Source: Dehalococcoidia bacterium
Lineage (GTDB): Bacteria > Chloroflexota > Dehalococcoidia > UBA2979
Reading direction: 5' to 3'
Length of the DNA stretch: 64,000 bases
Assembly: GCA_963667465.2 (NCBI GenBank)
Contig: CAXXDN010000001.1
Span: 192,001 to 256,000, forward strand
Shown: positions 47,611 to 57,754 of the stretch, piece by piece
Position numbering within the stretch: position 1 is the stretch's first letter
How the letters are laid out: the number at the start of each line of letters is the position of its first letter
Made by a program: the position numbers and the translations under genes
The notes under the pieces: model-generated
The model's database searches: none
The model's input: only the letters and a program-made list of their open reading frames with translations
Told to the model about the DNA's origin: nothing

Positions 47611-47718
47611 GGCGAAACGGCGACGCGTCCCCGGCCAAGGGCCGGACGGCGCGGCGCGAACGCCCTCCCGCCGGAGGGCGTTTCGTTCGCCCTCGAATGC
47701 AGCAGGAGAGGAGGCGCG

Positions 47719-48252
47719 GTGCCTACGGAGCGCAAGATCGCGCAGGTCGCCGAGCTCAAGGAGCTGATCGAGGGCGTCAACATCGCCATCGGCACGGCCT
47801 ACCAGGGAATCCCGGTGCCGGACCAGACGCAGCTGCGGCGCGCGCTACTCGACGAGGGGGCCACCCTGCGCGTCATCAAGAACACGCTGCTGCAACGCGC
47901 CGCCACCGAGAGCGGGCAGCCGCTGTTTGCCGAACTGGCGCAGGGCCCCACTGCCCTGGTCACGCACCCCGACGACCCCGTCGCCGCGGCGCGCGCGGTC
48001 TGGAACTACCAGCGGAACAACCCGCAAACGCCGTTCGAGGTCCGCAACGCCGTCATCGACGGCCAGCTGGTCGACGCCGCGTACATCGCCGATCTGGCGA
48101 CCGTGCCGACTCGCGAGGTGCTGGTCGCCCGTATCGCGGGCGGGCTGACGGGCAAGATCGTGGAACTGCTGGGGCTGCTTGAGGCGTCGACCCGCGAGCT
48201 CGCGGGGCTGATCGATGCGCGCGCGGAGCAGCTCGAAGGCACGGAAGCATAG
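47719..48252 (+). CDS. rplJ: 50S ribosomal protein L10
   Basis: YQG..LRR..VIKNTL..GPTA; GTG after GGAGG. Confidence 0.95.
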   Translation: MPTERKIAQVAELKELIEGVNIAIGTAYQGIPVPDQTQLRRALLDEGATLRVIKNTLLQRAATESGQPLFAELAQGPTALVTHPDDPVAAARAVWNYQRNNPQTPFEVRNAVIDGQLVDAAYIADLATVPTREVLVARIAGGLTGKIVELLGLLEASTRELAGLIDARAEQLEGTEA

Positions 48253-48310
48253 GCGCGAGCGCGCCAACGGAGCATTGCCGCCCGCGGGGCGGTTCGGAAG
48301 GAGCACGAGG

Positions 48311-48697
48311 ATGGCGAAGGTCGAGGAAGCCCTCGAGATCATCAAGGGCATGACGCTGCTCGAACTGAGGGATCTCAACAAGGCGATCGAGGAAGAGTTC
48401 GGCGTGACTGCCGCGGCTCCCGTCGCGATGGCGGCCATGCCCGTGGGGGACGGCGGCGACAACGGCGCGGCCGCGGCCGAGGAGCAGTTCGAGTTCGACG
48501 TGGTCCTCACGGACTTCGGCGCCAACAAGATCAACGTGATCAAGGCGGTGCGCGAGCTCACCTCGCTCGGGCTGAAGGACGCCAAGGACGTCGTCGAGTC
48601 CGCTCCCAAGGCGATCCGCGAGGCGGTGACCAGGGAAGAGGCAGACGCAGCCAAGAGCAAGCTCGAGGAAGCGGGCGCCACCGTCGAGGTCAAGTAA
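48311..48697 (+). CDS. rplL: 50S ribosomal protein L7/L12
   Basis: [26 protein letters not shown]. Confidence 0.98.
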   Translation: MAKVEEALEIIKGMTLLELRDLNKAIEEEFGVTAAAPVAMAAMPVGDGGDNGAAAAEEQFEFDVVLTDFGANKINVIKAVRELTSLGLKDAKDVVESAPKAIREAVTREEADAAKSKLEEAGATVEVK

Positions 48698-48801
48698 CGG
48701 CACATCGTCAGCCGCACGCTGCCGGCCGCCCGTGTCAGCCGGCCTGACGCGGGCGCCTCTCGGGGCCCGGCCCGGCAGCGGCTGAGTGTGAGGCTGGCCT
48801 T

Positions 48802-49575
48802 GTGGAGTGCTTCCGCTGCGAGCGCGAGGCGGCGCGAGAGTGCCCCCGCTGTGGCCTGCTCTACTGCATGGAGCACGGCGACGTGCTCTGCGAGCGCTGC
48901 CTGGACCCCGCGCTCGCCCTGCCCTCGCAGCGGCTCTACCGCGGCGCGCTGATCGCGCTGGTCGCGGCCAGCGTAGTCGCGCTCTGGCTGCTGCTCTGGC
49001 CCTCCGCCGGCGGCGGGGATCTGGATGACGCCGCTGCGGCCCGCGCCACGCCGAGCCCGGTGCGCGTGGCGATCGCCTCCCCGACCGCGCCGCCCACGCC
49101 CGCCACCGGCGCGACGCCAACCAGTGCCCCCAGCCCTGCGGCGACCGCCTCGCCGGTTGCGACCGCTTCCCCCACGCCCTTGCCCACCGCCGCACCGACG
49201 CAGCCGCCGACAGCGCCGCCGACGGCCACGCCTACAGCAGCGCCGAGCCCCACCGCCACACCGACGCCAACTGCCACGCCCACGCCCACACCGACGCCGA
49301 CGCCGACCGCGACACCGACACCGACACCGACCCCCGAGCCCACGCCGGAGGTTCCCCGCAGCGCCTACATCGCGAACACCGACGGTACGGGCGTACGCTG
49401 GCGAGACGAGTGCCGGGGGGAGGCGACTGTCGTCGGCCGCGGCTGGGTCGAGGAGAGCCTGATCAGGATCCTCGAGAACGGCAGCGGTGAGTGCGAAGGC
49501 TGGTTCCGGGCCGACGATACCGATGGAGTAACGTCATGGGTCCGGAGCGAGTACGTGTCTGAGGAGCAGCCGTAG
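48802..49575 (+). CDS. membrane protein: zinc finger, TM helix, Pro/Thr linker, SH3b-like domain
   Basis: CFRC..CPRC..CMEH..CERC; one TM; (TP)n tract; IANTDGTGVRWR..SWVRSEY. Confidence 0.75.
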   Translation: MECFRCEREAARECPRCGLLYCMEHGDVLCERCLDPALALPSQRLYRGALIALVAASVVALWLLLWPSAGGGDLDDAAAARATPSPVRVAIASPTAPPTPATGATPTSAPSPAATASPVATASPTPLPTAAPTQPPTAPPTATPTAAPSPTATPTPTATPTPTPTPTPTATPTPTPTPEPTPEVPRSAYIANTDGTGVRWRDECRGEATVVGRGWVEESLIRILENGSGECEGWFRADDTDGVTSWVRSEYVSEEQP

Positions 49576-50081
49576 TGACCAGCCAGCCCCCAACCCGGAT
49601 CGAAATCATCGGGGAGATGCCGGGGAGCCGCCTGACGCTGCTGCGCATGGTGGCCATGTACGCGCTGCTGACGGCGGCCGGCGGGGCCATCTCGCTCGTC
49701 TCCCTGAGCGCCGTCCTCGGAGACTCGTACGCGGCGCTCATCCCGCTCGCCATCCTGCTGCTCGTCACCAGCGCGGCGCTCTTCCAGCTGATCACGGCGC
49801 TGCTCGATCTGCGAGCGGAGCCGACCTTCACGCGCGGCAAGGTCGTACGCCTCTGGACGAAGGGCGGCCTGTTCTGGTTCTTCCGATCGCACTACGCCAT
49901 GGTCGACCGCCAGGTCTTCGTTATGGCGGCGCAGGTCTGGATCCAGCTCGAGGAAGAGAACATCGCCGAGCTTCACCACTGGCCACATACGCGCACGCTG
50001 ATCCGCGCGGTGCTGATCGAAGGCGCTGTCGACGACCTTCCCCCCGGTGAGCCCGTGTCCCCTCACGGCCTCTTGACGTGA
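49575..50081 (+). CDS. hypothetical membrane protein
   Basis: Two TM helices; overlaps both neighbours. Confidence 0.7.
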   Translation: MTSQPPTRIEIIGEMPGSRLTLLRMVAMYALLTAAGGAISLVSLSAVLGDSYAALIPLAILLLVTSAALFQLITALLDLRAEPTFTRGKVVRLWTKGGLFWFFRSHYAMVDRQVFVMAAQVWIQLEEENIAELHHWPHTRTLIRAVLIEGAVDDLPPGEPVSPHGLLT

Positions 50082-50806
50082 CCGCCCCCGAGCCAAGCCC
50101 GGCGCCGCCGGCTTACCGGCTGCGCGTCTCCGAGATGGCCTCCGGCGATCGCCCGCGCGAGCGGCTGGAGCAGCTGGGCGCGCAGGCGCTGACCACTTCG
50201 GAACTGCTCGCAATCCTGCTGCGCACGGGGACCCGCGAGGAGGGCGTCCTGCAACTCGCGGAGCGGATCCAGCAGGAGCACCACGGCCTGCGTGGGCTTG
50301 CCAGCGCGGACATCACCGGGCTATCGGCGATCCGCGGCCTCGGCCCCGCGAAGGCGGCGACAATCGCCGCTGCCTTCGAGCTTGGGCGGCGGCGCGCGCT
50401 GGAGGGCGATGACGAACGCCCGCTGATCGGCTCGCCGGAGGACCTCGTGCGGCTCCTGCAGCCGGAGCTGGAGCTGCTGCCACAGGAGGAGTTCCGCGTG
50501 CTGGCGCTCGATACCCGGCATCGCGTGCTGGCCAGCCGCATGCTCAGCCGCGGCTCCGTCAGCAGCGCCCCCGTGCGGGTCGCCGAGGTATTCCGCGAGG
50601 CCGTGCGCCGCAACGCCTCCGCCATCGCCGTCGCCCACAACCACCCCAGCGGGGACCCCGAGCCGAGCCCGGACGACGTGGAGACGACGCGCGCCCTCGA
50701 AGCGGCGGGCGACCTGCTCGGCATCCGCGTGCTCGACCACGTCGTGATCGGCCACGGCCGCTGGATCTCGATGCGCCAGAGTGGGCTCGGCTTCACGTCG
50801 CAGTAG
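50078..50806 (+). CDS. radC: RadC/JAB family protein
   Basis: RPRERL, ELLAILLRTG, AHNHPSGDPEPS, LDHVVIG. Confidence 0.95.
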   Translation: MTAPEPSPAPPAYRLRVSEMASGDRPRERLEQLGAQALTTSELLAILLRTGTREEGVLQLAERIQQEHHGLRGLASADITGLSAIRGLGPAKAATIAAAFELGRRRALEGDDERPLIGSPEDLVRLLQPELELLPQEEFRVLALDTRHRVLASRMLSRGSVSSAPVRVAEVFREAVRRNASAIAVAHNHPSGDPEPSPDDVETTRALEAAGDLLGIRVLDHVVIGHGRWISMRQSGLGFTSQ

Positions 50807-50899
50807 GCTCGGGCCGGCCCGGCAGGGTGGCAGCGGCTCCGAACAGTCACGCGTGCTACGATCTGCGCGCAGCCGGGGCGGGCGGCGCAGCGGAGTGTC

Positions 50900-51448
50900 A
50901 TGCAGCCCTTGCACTGGCTCGATCTCGTCATCGTCGCCATCATCGCGTGGCTGACGTTGCGCGCGCTCTCCGTCGGCCTGATCCGCGAGGTCGTGACGGC
51001 CGTCGCGATCTTCGGCGGCGCGATCCTCGCGGGGCACTTCTACGCCGAGCTCGCCGACGACATCGCCTTCGCCATCGAGGACGAGCCGTGGCGGGAGTTC
51101 GTCGCGTTCGCGGCGATCTTCGCCGGCGCGATCGTGGTCGGCCAGATCGCGGCCATGCTGCTCCATCGCGCCTCGAGGCTGCTGCTGCTCGGCACCGCGG
51201 ACCGGGTCGGCGGGGCAGCGTTCGGCTTCCTCAAGGGCGTGATCGTCGTCGAGGTGCTGCTGCTCGCGGCGATCACCTTCCCCATCTCCGGGGAGCTCGA
51301 TGCGGCGCTCGAGGACTCCACGATCGCGCCCGCCTTCATCGAGGGCCTGCCGGTGATCCAGCGGCTGCTCCCGGACGAGTTCGAGCTGGCCGCCGAGCGC
51401 TGGTCGGACGTACTGGACGCGAGCAAGGCGTTGACGCGGGGCCCCTGA
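50900..51448 (+). CDS. CvpA family membrane protein
   Basis: WLDLVI..GLIRE..DRVGGAAFGFLKG. Confidence 0.9.
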   Translation: MQPLHWLDLVIVAIIAWLTLRALSVGLIREVVTAVAIFGGAILAGHFYAELADDIAFAIEDEPWREFVAFAAIFAGAIVVGQIAAMLLHRASRLLLLGTADRVGGAAFGFLKGVIVVEVLLLAAITFPISGELDAALEDSTIAPAFIEGLPVIQRLLPDEFELAAERWSDVLDASKALTRGP

Positions 51449-51535
51449 GCGCGCCCCCCGAAGCGGGCCAACGGCGCAGCCGCCGCTGGCCCGGCCGCCA
51501 CGATCCACTACACTGCCCGCTACACTGGCACCGAA

Positions 51536-52093
51536 GTGGAGAGGGCGAACGCGTTGCTCGACAAGCGCGCGCTGGTGCTCAACCAGGACTACGAACCGCT
51601 GAACGTCTGTGGCGTCAGGCGCGCCTTTGCGCTCGTCCTCGGCGGGCGCGCGGAGCTGCTGGAGGCTGGCGCCGAGCCAATCCGCGGGGTGGACCAGGAC
51701 TACCCGGCGCCCTCGGTGATCCGGCTGCGCCGCCGCGTGCGCCGCCCGCGGCCGCAGGTACGGCTCACGCGCCGCGAGGTCTTCGCCCGCGATCGCCAGC
51801 GCTGCCAGTACTGCGGGAACGGGCACCCGGACCTGACGCTCGACCACGTCGTGCCGCGCCGCCGCGGCGGCTCGCACGTCTGGGAGAACATCGTGACCGC
51901 CTGCCAGCCCTGCAATCACCGCAAGGGCGGCCGCACACCGCGCGAGGCGCGCATGCGGCTGCTCTCCCAACCGGTGCGCCCGCGCCTCTCCGTCCCGCAG
52001 CAGCTCGCGGAGCACCTCCAGCGCTACGAGGAGTGGCGGCCGTTCTTCCTCGGCTGGCTCGACCGGGAGACGCAGCGGGCGTTCGCGATCTGA
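51536..52093 (+). CDS. HNH endonuclease
   Basis: LVLNQDYEPL, RDRQRCQYCG, LDHVVP, WENIVTACQPCNHRKG. Confidence 0.93.
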   Translation: MERANALLDKRALVLNQDYEPLNVCGVRRAFALVLGGRAELLEAGAEPIRGVDQDYPAPSVIRLRRRVRRPRPQVRLTRREVFARDRQRCQYCGNGHPDLTLDHVVPRRRGGSHVWENIVTACQPCNHRKGGRTPREARMRLLSQPVRPRLSVPQQLAEHLQRYEEWRPFFLGWLDRETQRAFAI

Positions 52094-52193
52094 GCGCCGC
52101 CGGCTCGCCCCCAACGCGATGGGGCGTGAGCGCGCGAGGGCGTATGCTCTCCCGCGGCGCCGGCCGCCGCAGCAGCAACGGAAGGAAACGCCC

Positions 52194-52664
52194 GTGAGCG
52201 TCGCGCAGCGACTCGAGGAGCTGGGGATCGCACTGCCGCCCCCGCCACCGCCTGTGGGCATGTACCGCGCCGCGCTTCGCAGCGGCAACTGGCTCATGGT
52301 CTCCGGACAACTCCCGCTGCGCGACGGCGAGCTGGTCAACTCCGGCCACATCCGCAGCGACGACGACATCGACCCCGGCCGCGAGGCCGCGCGCGTCGCC
52401 ACGCTGAACGCGCTCGCCGCCGTGCAGGCGATTCACGGCAGCCTCGAGGGCCTGCGCGTCGTGCGGCTCGTCGGCTACGTCGCCAGCGCCCCCGACTTCC
52501 ACGCCCACCCTGCGGTGGTCAACGGCGCCAGCGAACTGCTGCTGGAACTCTTCGGCGAGGACGCCGGCCTGGGCACGCGGCTCGCGATGGGCGTCGCCGC
52601 GCTCCCGCTCGGCGCGGCGGTTGAGATCGACCTGATCCTCGAGGATTTGGAGGCAGCGGCATGA
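52194..52664 (+). CDS. RidA/YjgF family protein
   Basis: VSGQLP, VVNGASELL, LPLGAAVEI. Confidence 0.9.
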   Translation: MSVAQRLEELGIALPPPPPPVGMYRAALRSGNWLMVSGQLPLRDGELVNSGHIRSDDDIDPGREAARVATLNALAAVQAIHGSLEGLRVVRLVGYVASAPDFHAHPAVVNGASELLLELFGEDAGLGTRLAMGVAALPLGAAVEIDLILEDLEAAA

Positions 52665-53185
52665 CGACCGGCGACGACCGCATCCTGGTCCAGAACCGCA
52701 TCGACTTCGTCACCGGGGCGGTACGCCGCTACCTGCCGGACGCCGACGCCCTGACGCAGATCGCCAGCGAGGTGCAGGCGCTGATTGCGAACCGCAACGG
52801 CTCCTCGCTGCGCAACGCCCCCGCCGGGGGCGAGTGGTCCGCACTGCGCATCCTGGGCCACATGATCGCCTACGCGCGCGGCCTCCACGACCAGCTCGAC
52901 CGCATGGCCCATATGACGGACCCGGTCCTGCCGGTGACCAACGACTCCGCGGTCGCCGAACAGGAGGACTGGGAATCGCGCGACCCCGAGGAGCTGACCG
53001 CCCTCTTCACAGAGGCGATCGGCGAGGCGGTGGAGTTGCTGAAGCACGTCCCGGACTCCTCGTGGGGCCGGGCCGGGCTGCACCCGCTGCTGGGGCGGCG
53101 CTCGATGGTCCAGCAGGTGCGCGGCGCCAGCGCGCACCTGCGCAGCCACGTCGAGCAGATCGAGATGGCGGTCGCGAACGCGTAA
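52661..53185 (+). CDS. DinB-like family protein
   Basis: WSALRILGHM..HLRSH. Confidence 0.75.
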   Translation: MTTGDDRILVQNRIDFVTGAVRRYLPDADALTQIASEVQALIANRNGSSLRNAPAGGEWSALRILGHMIAYARGLHDQLDRMAHMTDPVLPVTNDSAVAEQEDWESRDPEELTALFTEAIGEAVELLKHVPDSSWGRAGLHPLLGRRSMVQQVRGASAHLRSHVEQIEMAVANA

Positions 53186-53206
53186 CCTCGGCAGCAGGCT
53201 CCTGCG

Positions 53207-54052
53207 CTACCCGCGCTCCACCGGCAACTCGCTACGGACGGCCCACTCGGACCAGGAGCCGTCGTAGTTGCGAGCCTGCTTGTAGCCGAGCAGCTCGTGC
53301 ATCACGAACCAGGCGACGGCGGAGCGCACGCCGCCCCCGCAGTACGGGTACGCCGCGACGGAGCCATCGACGCCGGCCGCTGAGAACAGCGCGCGCAGCT
53401 GCTCCAACGGGAGCAGCCGTCCGTCCTCGCGGACCAGGCGCTCCCACTCGAGGTGCACCGCGCGCGGGATCCGCCCCATGCGCGGCGCCTCGGCATGCCC
53501 GTGCGCCTCGCCCAGCCACTCGCCGTCCGAGCGGCAGTCGACGATGCGCGCCGGGCCGCCCTCGGCCGCCTCGAGCACGTCGCCCGCCAGCGCGAGAATC
53601 GAGGCGTCCGGCTCGGCCAGCGTCACGTCGCGGGGGATGACGGCGGGCACCTCGGCGTCCACCGGCACGCCGGCCTCGCGCAGCGCCGGGACGGCGCCGT
53701 CGGCGAGGTGCACACGCGGGAAGCGGTAGTAGCGCAGCGCCCAGTAGGCCCGCGCCGGCCACGCGGAGCGCGCACCTGCTGTGCAGACGATGCGCTGCTC
53801 CGGCGAGACGCCGAGGCGCGAGAGGTTCGCGGCCATACGTTCCGGGTTCGGCACCAGCGCGCGCACGCCGTCGCGGTCCTCGGTGAAGTCGTCGTAGCCG
53901 TGGGCGTAGACCGCGCCGCGCACGTGCGCCTCGTCGTACTCGGCGCGGTCGTTGGCGATGTGCAGCACGCGCAGGTCGGGGTCGTCGAGGTGCTCCGCCA
54001 GCCACGAGCCAGCGACGAGCGCGGGCGCGGAGTCGTCACGCGGTCCGCTCAC
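53207..54052 (-). CDS. thiosulfate/3-mercaptopyruvate sulfurtransferase (tandem rhodanese)
   Basis: WLAEHL, YCGGGVRS, NYDGSWSEW. Confidence 0.92.
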   Translation of the reverse strand: MSGPRDDSAPALVAGSWLAEHLDDPDLRVLHIANDRAEYDEAHVRGAVYAHGYDDFTEDRDGVRALVPNPERMAANLSRLGVSPEQRIVCTAGARSAWPARAYWALRYYRFPRVHLADGAVPALREAGVPVDAEVPAVIPRDVTLAEPDASILALAGDVLEAAEGGPARIVDCRSDGEWLGEAHGHAEAPRMGRIPRAVHLEWERLVREDGRLLPLEQLRALFSAAGVDGSVAAYPYCGGGVRSAVAWFVMHELLGYKQARNYDGSWSEWAVRSELPVERG

Positions 54053-54120
54053 GGAGCCACCTCCCGCCGAGGTCTTCCGCCGGACGCGCCTTCGCGGCTT
54101 CCGGGGGCCGGCCTCGTCTT

Positions 54121-54150
54121 CCCCCTCACCCTCTCCCTCAGGGAGGGGAC
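54121..54150. repeat. REP-like palindrome
   Basis: CCCCCTCACCCTCTCCCTCAGGGAGGGG, same family as 32485-32520. Confidence 0.6.
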
Positions 54151-54155
54151 AGCTG

Positions 54156-55256
54156 CTAGTTCAGGCCGCCGCCGCCCGAGCCGCCGGAGCCGCCCTGGCC
54201 GCCTCCGCCACCAGACCCGCGTCGGCGTCTGCGCCCGCCGCGCCGACCGCGACGGCGCCGGCGCGCGGGCTTGTCGCCCTCGCCCTCCGCGCGCGCGGGG
54301 CGCTGCTCCGCCGTTCGCTCGCCCTCGGCCGGGCCGTCCGCGGGCGCGTCGACCGCCTCGAGGGTTGCGAGCAGCCCCTCACTGCGGCGTTGAGCTTGTC
54401 GCCGCACCGGCTCCTCGACCTGGGCCTCGAGCTCCTCGGGGCGCACGGCCGAGCCGTACTGGCTCGACAGCTCCTCCTCGGTCATCTCGATCACCTCGCC
54501 GCCGTCGTCGAGGCGCATCCGGACCTGGCCTTTGAGGGTGTTGTGGCCGATCACGCGCGCGCGTCCCACCGGGGTGGTGACGCGCTTGCCGACCTTCGGG
54601 AGCGTGCCGCGCAGGCGGCGGTACTCGTCCACCTCGTAGGAGAGGCAGCAGAGCAGGCGGCCGCAGACGCCCGAGATCTTCGTCGGGTTGGGCGGCAGAT
54701 CCTGCTCCTTGGCCATCCGCATCGAGATCGCGGGGAAGGTCGTCTGCCAGGTGCGGCAGCAGAGCGCGAGGCCGCACACGCCGACATCGCCGAGCGCCTT
54801 CGCGCGGTCGCGGTCTCCAACCTGCCGCACCTCGACCTCGACGCCGAGCAGATCGCGGCACATACCGGTGAACCAGCGGTGCTGGATGCGCTCGGGCGCG
54901 GAGAAGGTGATGCGGCAGTGTGTGCCCGCGAGGTTGTAGGTCAGGCTCGCGACGCGCACCCGCGGGTCATTGCGCGTCGCGAGTTCCTGCGCGCCGCGTA
55001 AGTCCTCCAGCGCGCGCTCGCGGTTCTCCCGCCAGGCGTCCACGTCCTCGCCGCTTGCGAGGCGCTCGATGACGCGCAGCGGGCCCTCGGGCTCGGCGGC
55101 CAGCGTCTGGTCCGGCGTGACCACCACCCAGCCGAGCTGTTCGCCCTGTCCAAGGTTGACGACCACGTAGTCGCCCAGCGCCGGCTCCAGGTCGTCCGCG
55201 CTGCACCACGTCAGCGGCCCTGCCTCGGTGAAACGGATCCCGACAATGCCTTCCAT
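54156..55256 (-). CDS. PSP1-domain protein (RicT/YaaT-like)
   Basis: RQVGDRD, GVCGLALCC, ISGVCGRLLCCLSYE; follows holB. Confidence 0.92.
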   Translation of the reverse strand: MEGIVGIRFTEAGPLTWCSADDLEPALGDYVVVNLGQGEQLGWVVVTPDQTLAAEPEGPLRVIERLASGEDVDAWRENRERALEDLRGAQELATRNDPRVRVASLTYNLAGTHCRITFSAPERIQHRWFTGMCRDLLGVEVEVRQVGDRDRAKALGDVGVCGLALCCRTWQTTFPAISMRMAKEQDLPPNPTKISGVCGRLLCCLSYEVDEYRRLRGTLPKVGKRVTTPVGRARVIGHNTLKGQVRMRLDDGGEVIEMTEEELSSQYGSAVRPEELEAQVEEPVRRQAQRRSEGLLATLEAVDAPADGPAEGERTAEQRPARAEGEGDKPARRRRRGRRGGRRRRRGSGGGGGQGGSGGSGGGGLN

Positions 55257-55307
55257 GCAGTCCCGGCGGTCGCGACACCGGCCCCTGCCCCACAGGCGAG
55301 AGCCTGC

Positions 55308-56417
55308 TCAGGCGGGCGGCGCGGCGGCCGGACGGGCCTCCTCTCGGCTTGACTCCGGTTCCTCGAACTGCAGCTGCGGGAGGTCCAGCATCAGCACCTC
55401 CAGCGCGAGCTGCGGGTTGGTGTTCTCGATCAAGTGACGCCGCGCCCGCTCCGTCGCGCGCAGCGCCAGCACCGCCTCGCGCGGCGAGCACCCGGCGGGC
55501 GTGGCCTCGCCGCGGCCGTCCGCGTCAGCGACCGACGCGAGCATGTCGCGCCACCACCAGCGCCAGACATCGAGCGTCTCGAGGACAGCCGCTCGCTCGC
55601 GGCGCCACGAGCGGGCCAGCCGCGATGCGTGATCGAAGCGCTCGTTACGCGAGCCCGCGCAGAGCCGGCGCAGATCCTCGGTCGCGGTCTCGCGCAGCTG
55701 GCGCTGCGCCGGGTCGCGGTGCAGTCGCAGCGCGAGCCCGTAACGCCCGCGACCCTGCGCCGCCAGCTCGCGCGCCTCTTCCGCGCCGAGGCCATCGAGA
55801 TCCTCGCTGAGCGCCTCGGCGAGCGCGGCGCGCGGCAGCGGCCGCAGCGTCAGCTCACGGCAGCGCGAGCGGATCGTCGGCAGCAGCTCGTCCGCGTCGA
55901 CGGCGAGCAGGATCAGCAGCGCGCTGCCCGGCGGCTCCTCGAGCGTCTTGAGCAGCGACTGCGCTGCCTCGGTCTGCAGGTCGTTGGCGGTGTCGATGAT
56001 GAAGATCCGCCGCGAGGCATGGAACGGCGCGAGATTCGCCAGCTTCGAGAGGCGGCGGGCCTGGCAGATGCGGATCCGCGTCGAGCCGTCCGCCACGTGG
56101 TCGCGGTGCCCCTCCTCGTCGCAGGGTCCACCGATGGTGATGCGCTCGACGTCGGGCGCCTCGCCCGACTCGATGCGCGTGCAGGCGCGGCATTCGAGGC
56201 AGGGATCGACGCCCGCGGCGTCCGTCTCATCGCGCTGCTCGCAGTGCAGCGCCTGCACGAGCCGCCGCGCCAGCGTCGCCTTGCCCACGCCGTCCGGCCC
56301 GCTGAACAGCCAGGAATGGCCGAGCCGGCCGGAGGCGAGGGCGGCGCGCAGCTCAGCGACCGGCTGCTCCAGCCCGCGGACGCCCCAGCGCGTCTCCTCG
56401 CCGGTCTCGGCGCTCAC
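55308..56417 (-). CDS. holB: DNA polymerase III subunit delta'
   Basis: HSWLFSGPDGVGK, C..CLECRAC, LLKTLEEPP, LPTIRSRC. Confidence 0.92.
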   Translation of the reverse strand: MSAETGEETRWGVRGLEQPVAELRAALASGRLGHSWLFSGPDGVGKATLARRLVQALHCEQRDETDAAGVDPCLECRACTRIESGEAPDVERITIGGPCDEEGHRDHVADGSTRIRICQARRLSKLANLAPFHASRRIFIIDTANDLQTEAAQSLLKTLEEPPGSALLILLAVDADELLPTIRSRCRELTLRPLPRAALAEALSEDLDGLGAEEARELAAQGRGRYGLALRLHRDPAQRQLRETATEDLRRLCAGSRNERFDHASRLARSWRRERAAVLETLDVWRWWWRDMLASVADADGRGEATPAGCSPREAVLALRATERARRHLIENTNPQLALEVLMLDLPQLQFEEPESSREEARPAAAPPA

Positions 56418-57754
56418 AGGTCCACGTCCAGTGCCATCAGGTCCTCGAAGGTCTGGCGACGGCGCAGCAGCCGCGACTCGCCATCGGCGACCAGCACGAC
56501 GGCGGGCCGGAGGGCGAGGTTGTAGTTCGACTCCATCGCCACCTGGTAGGCGCCGGCGGCGGGCATCGCGACGACCTCGCCGGCGCGCAGCCGCGGCGTC
56601 TCGATGTCGCGCGCCAGCAGGTCGCCGGACTCGCAGTACTTGCCGGCGATCGTCACGGTCTCCTCGGCGGGCGCGGTTGGGCGCTCGGCGGAGATGAGCT
56701 CGTACTGCGAGCCATACATGGCCGGGCGGATGTTGTCCGCCATGCCGCCGTCGACCGAGACGTAGGTGCGCACGCCCTCGATCTCCTTGCGCGCGCCGAC
56801 GGTGTAGAGGGCGAGCCCGGCGCGCCCGACGAGCGAGCGGCCCGGCTCGATCACCAGCCGCGGCAGCGGCAGCCCGCGCGCGTCCGCCTCGCGGCGCACG
56901 GCGCCGCAGACCACGCGCGCGTAGGCGGCGGGCGGCGGCGGCTCCTGCTCGCCGTGGTAGCCGATCGCGAAGCCGCCGCCGACCGACAGTTCGTCGAAGT
57001 CGAGGCCGAACCGGTCGCGGCAGATCCCGGCCTGGAAGGCGGCCACGACCTCGATGCCGCGCTCGTACGGCGTCAGATCGAAGATCGGGCTGCCGAGATG
57101 CATGTGCAGCCCGCGCAGATCGAGGTGTTCCGAGGCGGCGATGCGGCGCACCGCCTCCTCCGCGTCGCCGGTGGCGATCGCCACGCCGAACTTGCTGTCG
57201 AGAATGCCGGTCGTCGTCTTCTCGTGGGTGTAGGCGTCGACGCCGGGCGAGACGCGCAGCAGCACCGGCTGGCGCACGCTGGCCGCCGCTGCGGCCTCCT
57301 CGACCAGCTCGATCTCGCCGAGGTTGTCGATCACGACGCGGCCCACGCCGGCCTCGACGGCGGCGCGCAGCTCCTCGGACGACTTGTTGTTGCCGTGCAG
57401 GTAGATCGTCGCGGGGTCCACCCCGGCGGCGAGCATCACTGCCAGCTCGCCGCCGGAGACGGCATCGAAGCCGTAGCCCTCGGCGGCGATCAAGCGGGCG
57501 AAGGGGCGGTTGAGGAACGCCTTGGCGGCGTAGAGGGCGGTCGTCTCCTCGTGCTCCTGGCGGAACGACTCGAGGAACCCGCGCGCCTGTCGTTGCAGCG
57601 TCGCGAGGTCGTAGACGTAGAGCGGGGTGCCGTACTCGTGCGCGAGCGCGGGCAGGTCGCAGCCGCCGACGGAGAGCGCGCCGGACTGGCCAAGGGCGGC
57701 GGTGACTGGCAAGAGATGCGCCAGCGGCAGTGATGCCGTCGCGGAGCTAGCCAC
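56414..57754 (-). CDS. lysA: diaminopimelate decarboxylase
   Basis: GTPLYVYD, YAAKA, HLGS, IEPGRS, CESGD. Confidence 0.96.
   Translation of the reverse strand: MASSATASLPLAHLLPVTAALGQSGALSVGGCDLPALAHEYGTPLYVYDLATLQRQARGFLESFRQEHEETTALYAAKAFLNRPFARLIAAEGYGFDAVSGGELAVMLAAGVDPATIYLHGNNKSSEELRAAVEAGVGRVVIDNLGEIELVEEAAAAASVRQPVLLRVSPGVDAYTHEKTTTGILDSKFGVAIATGDAEEAVRRIAASEHLDLRGLHMHLGSPIFDLTPYERGIEVVAAFQAGICRDRFGLDFDELSVGGGFAIGYHGEQEPPPPAAYARVVCGAVRREADARGLPLPRLVIEPGRSLVGRAGLALYTVGARKEIEGVRTYVSVDGGMADNIRPAMYGSQYELISAERPTAPAEETVTIAGKYCESGDLLARDIETPRLRAGEVVAMPAAGAYQVAMESNYNLALRPAVVLVADGESRLLRRRQTFEDLMALDVDL

Noticed and set aside
49240-49350. ACGCCG-type hexamer repeats
   Set aside because: They encode the Pro/Thr linker with synonymous variation, so they are a protein-level feature.
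51536-52093. HNH nuclease as an RNA-guided or defence effector
   Set aside because: It is a short, widespread stand-alone HNH type among housekeeping genes, with no RuvC domain, array or ncRNA-sized gap.
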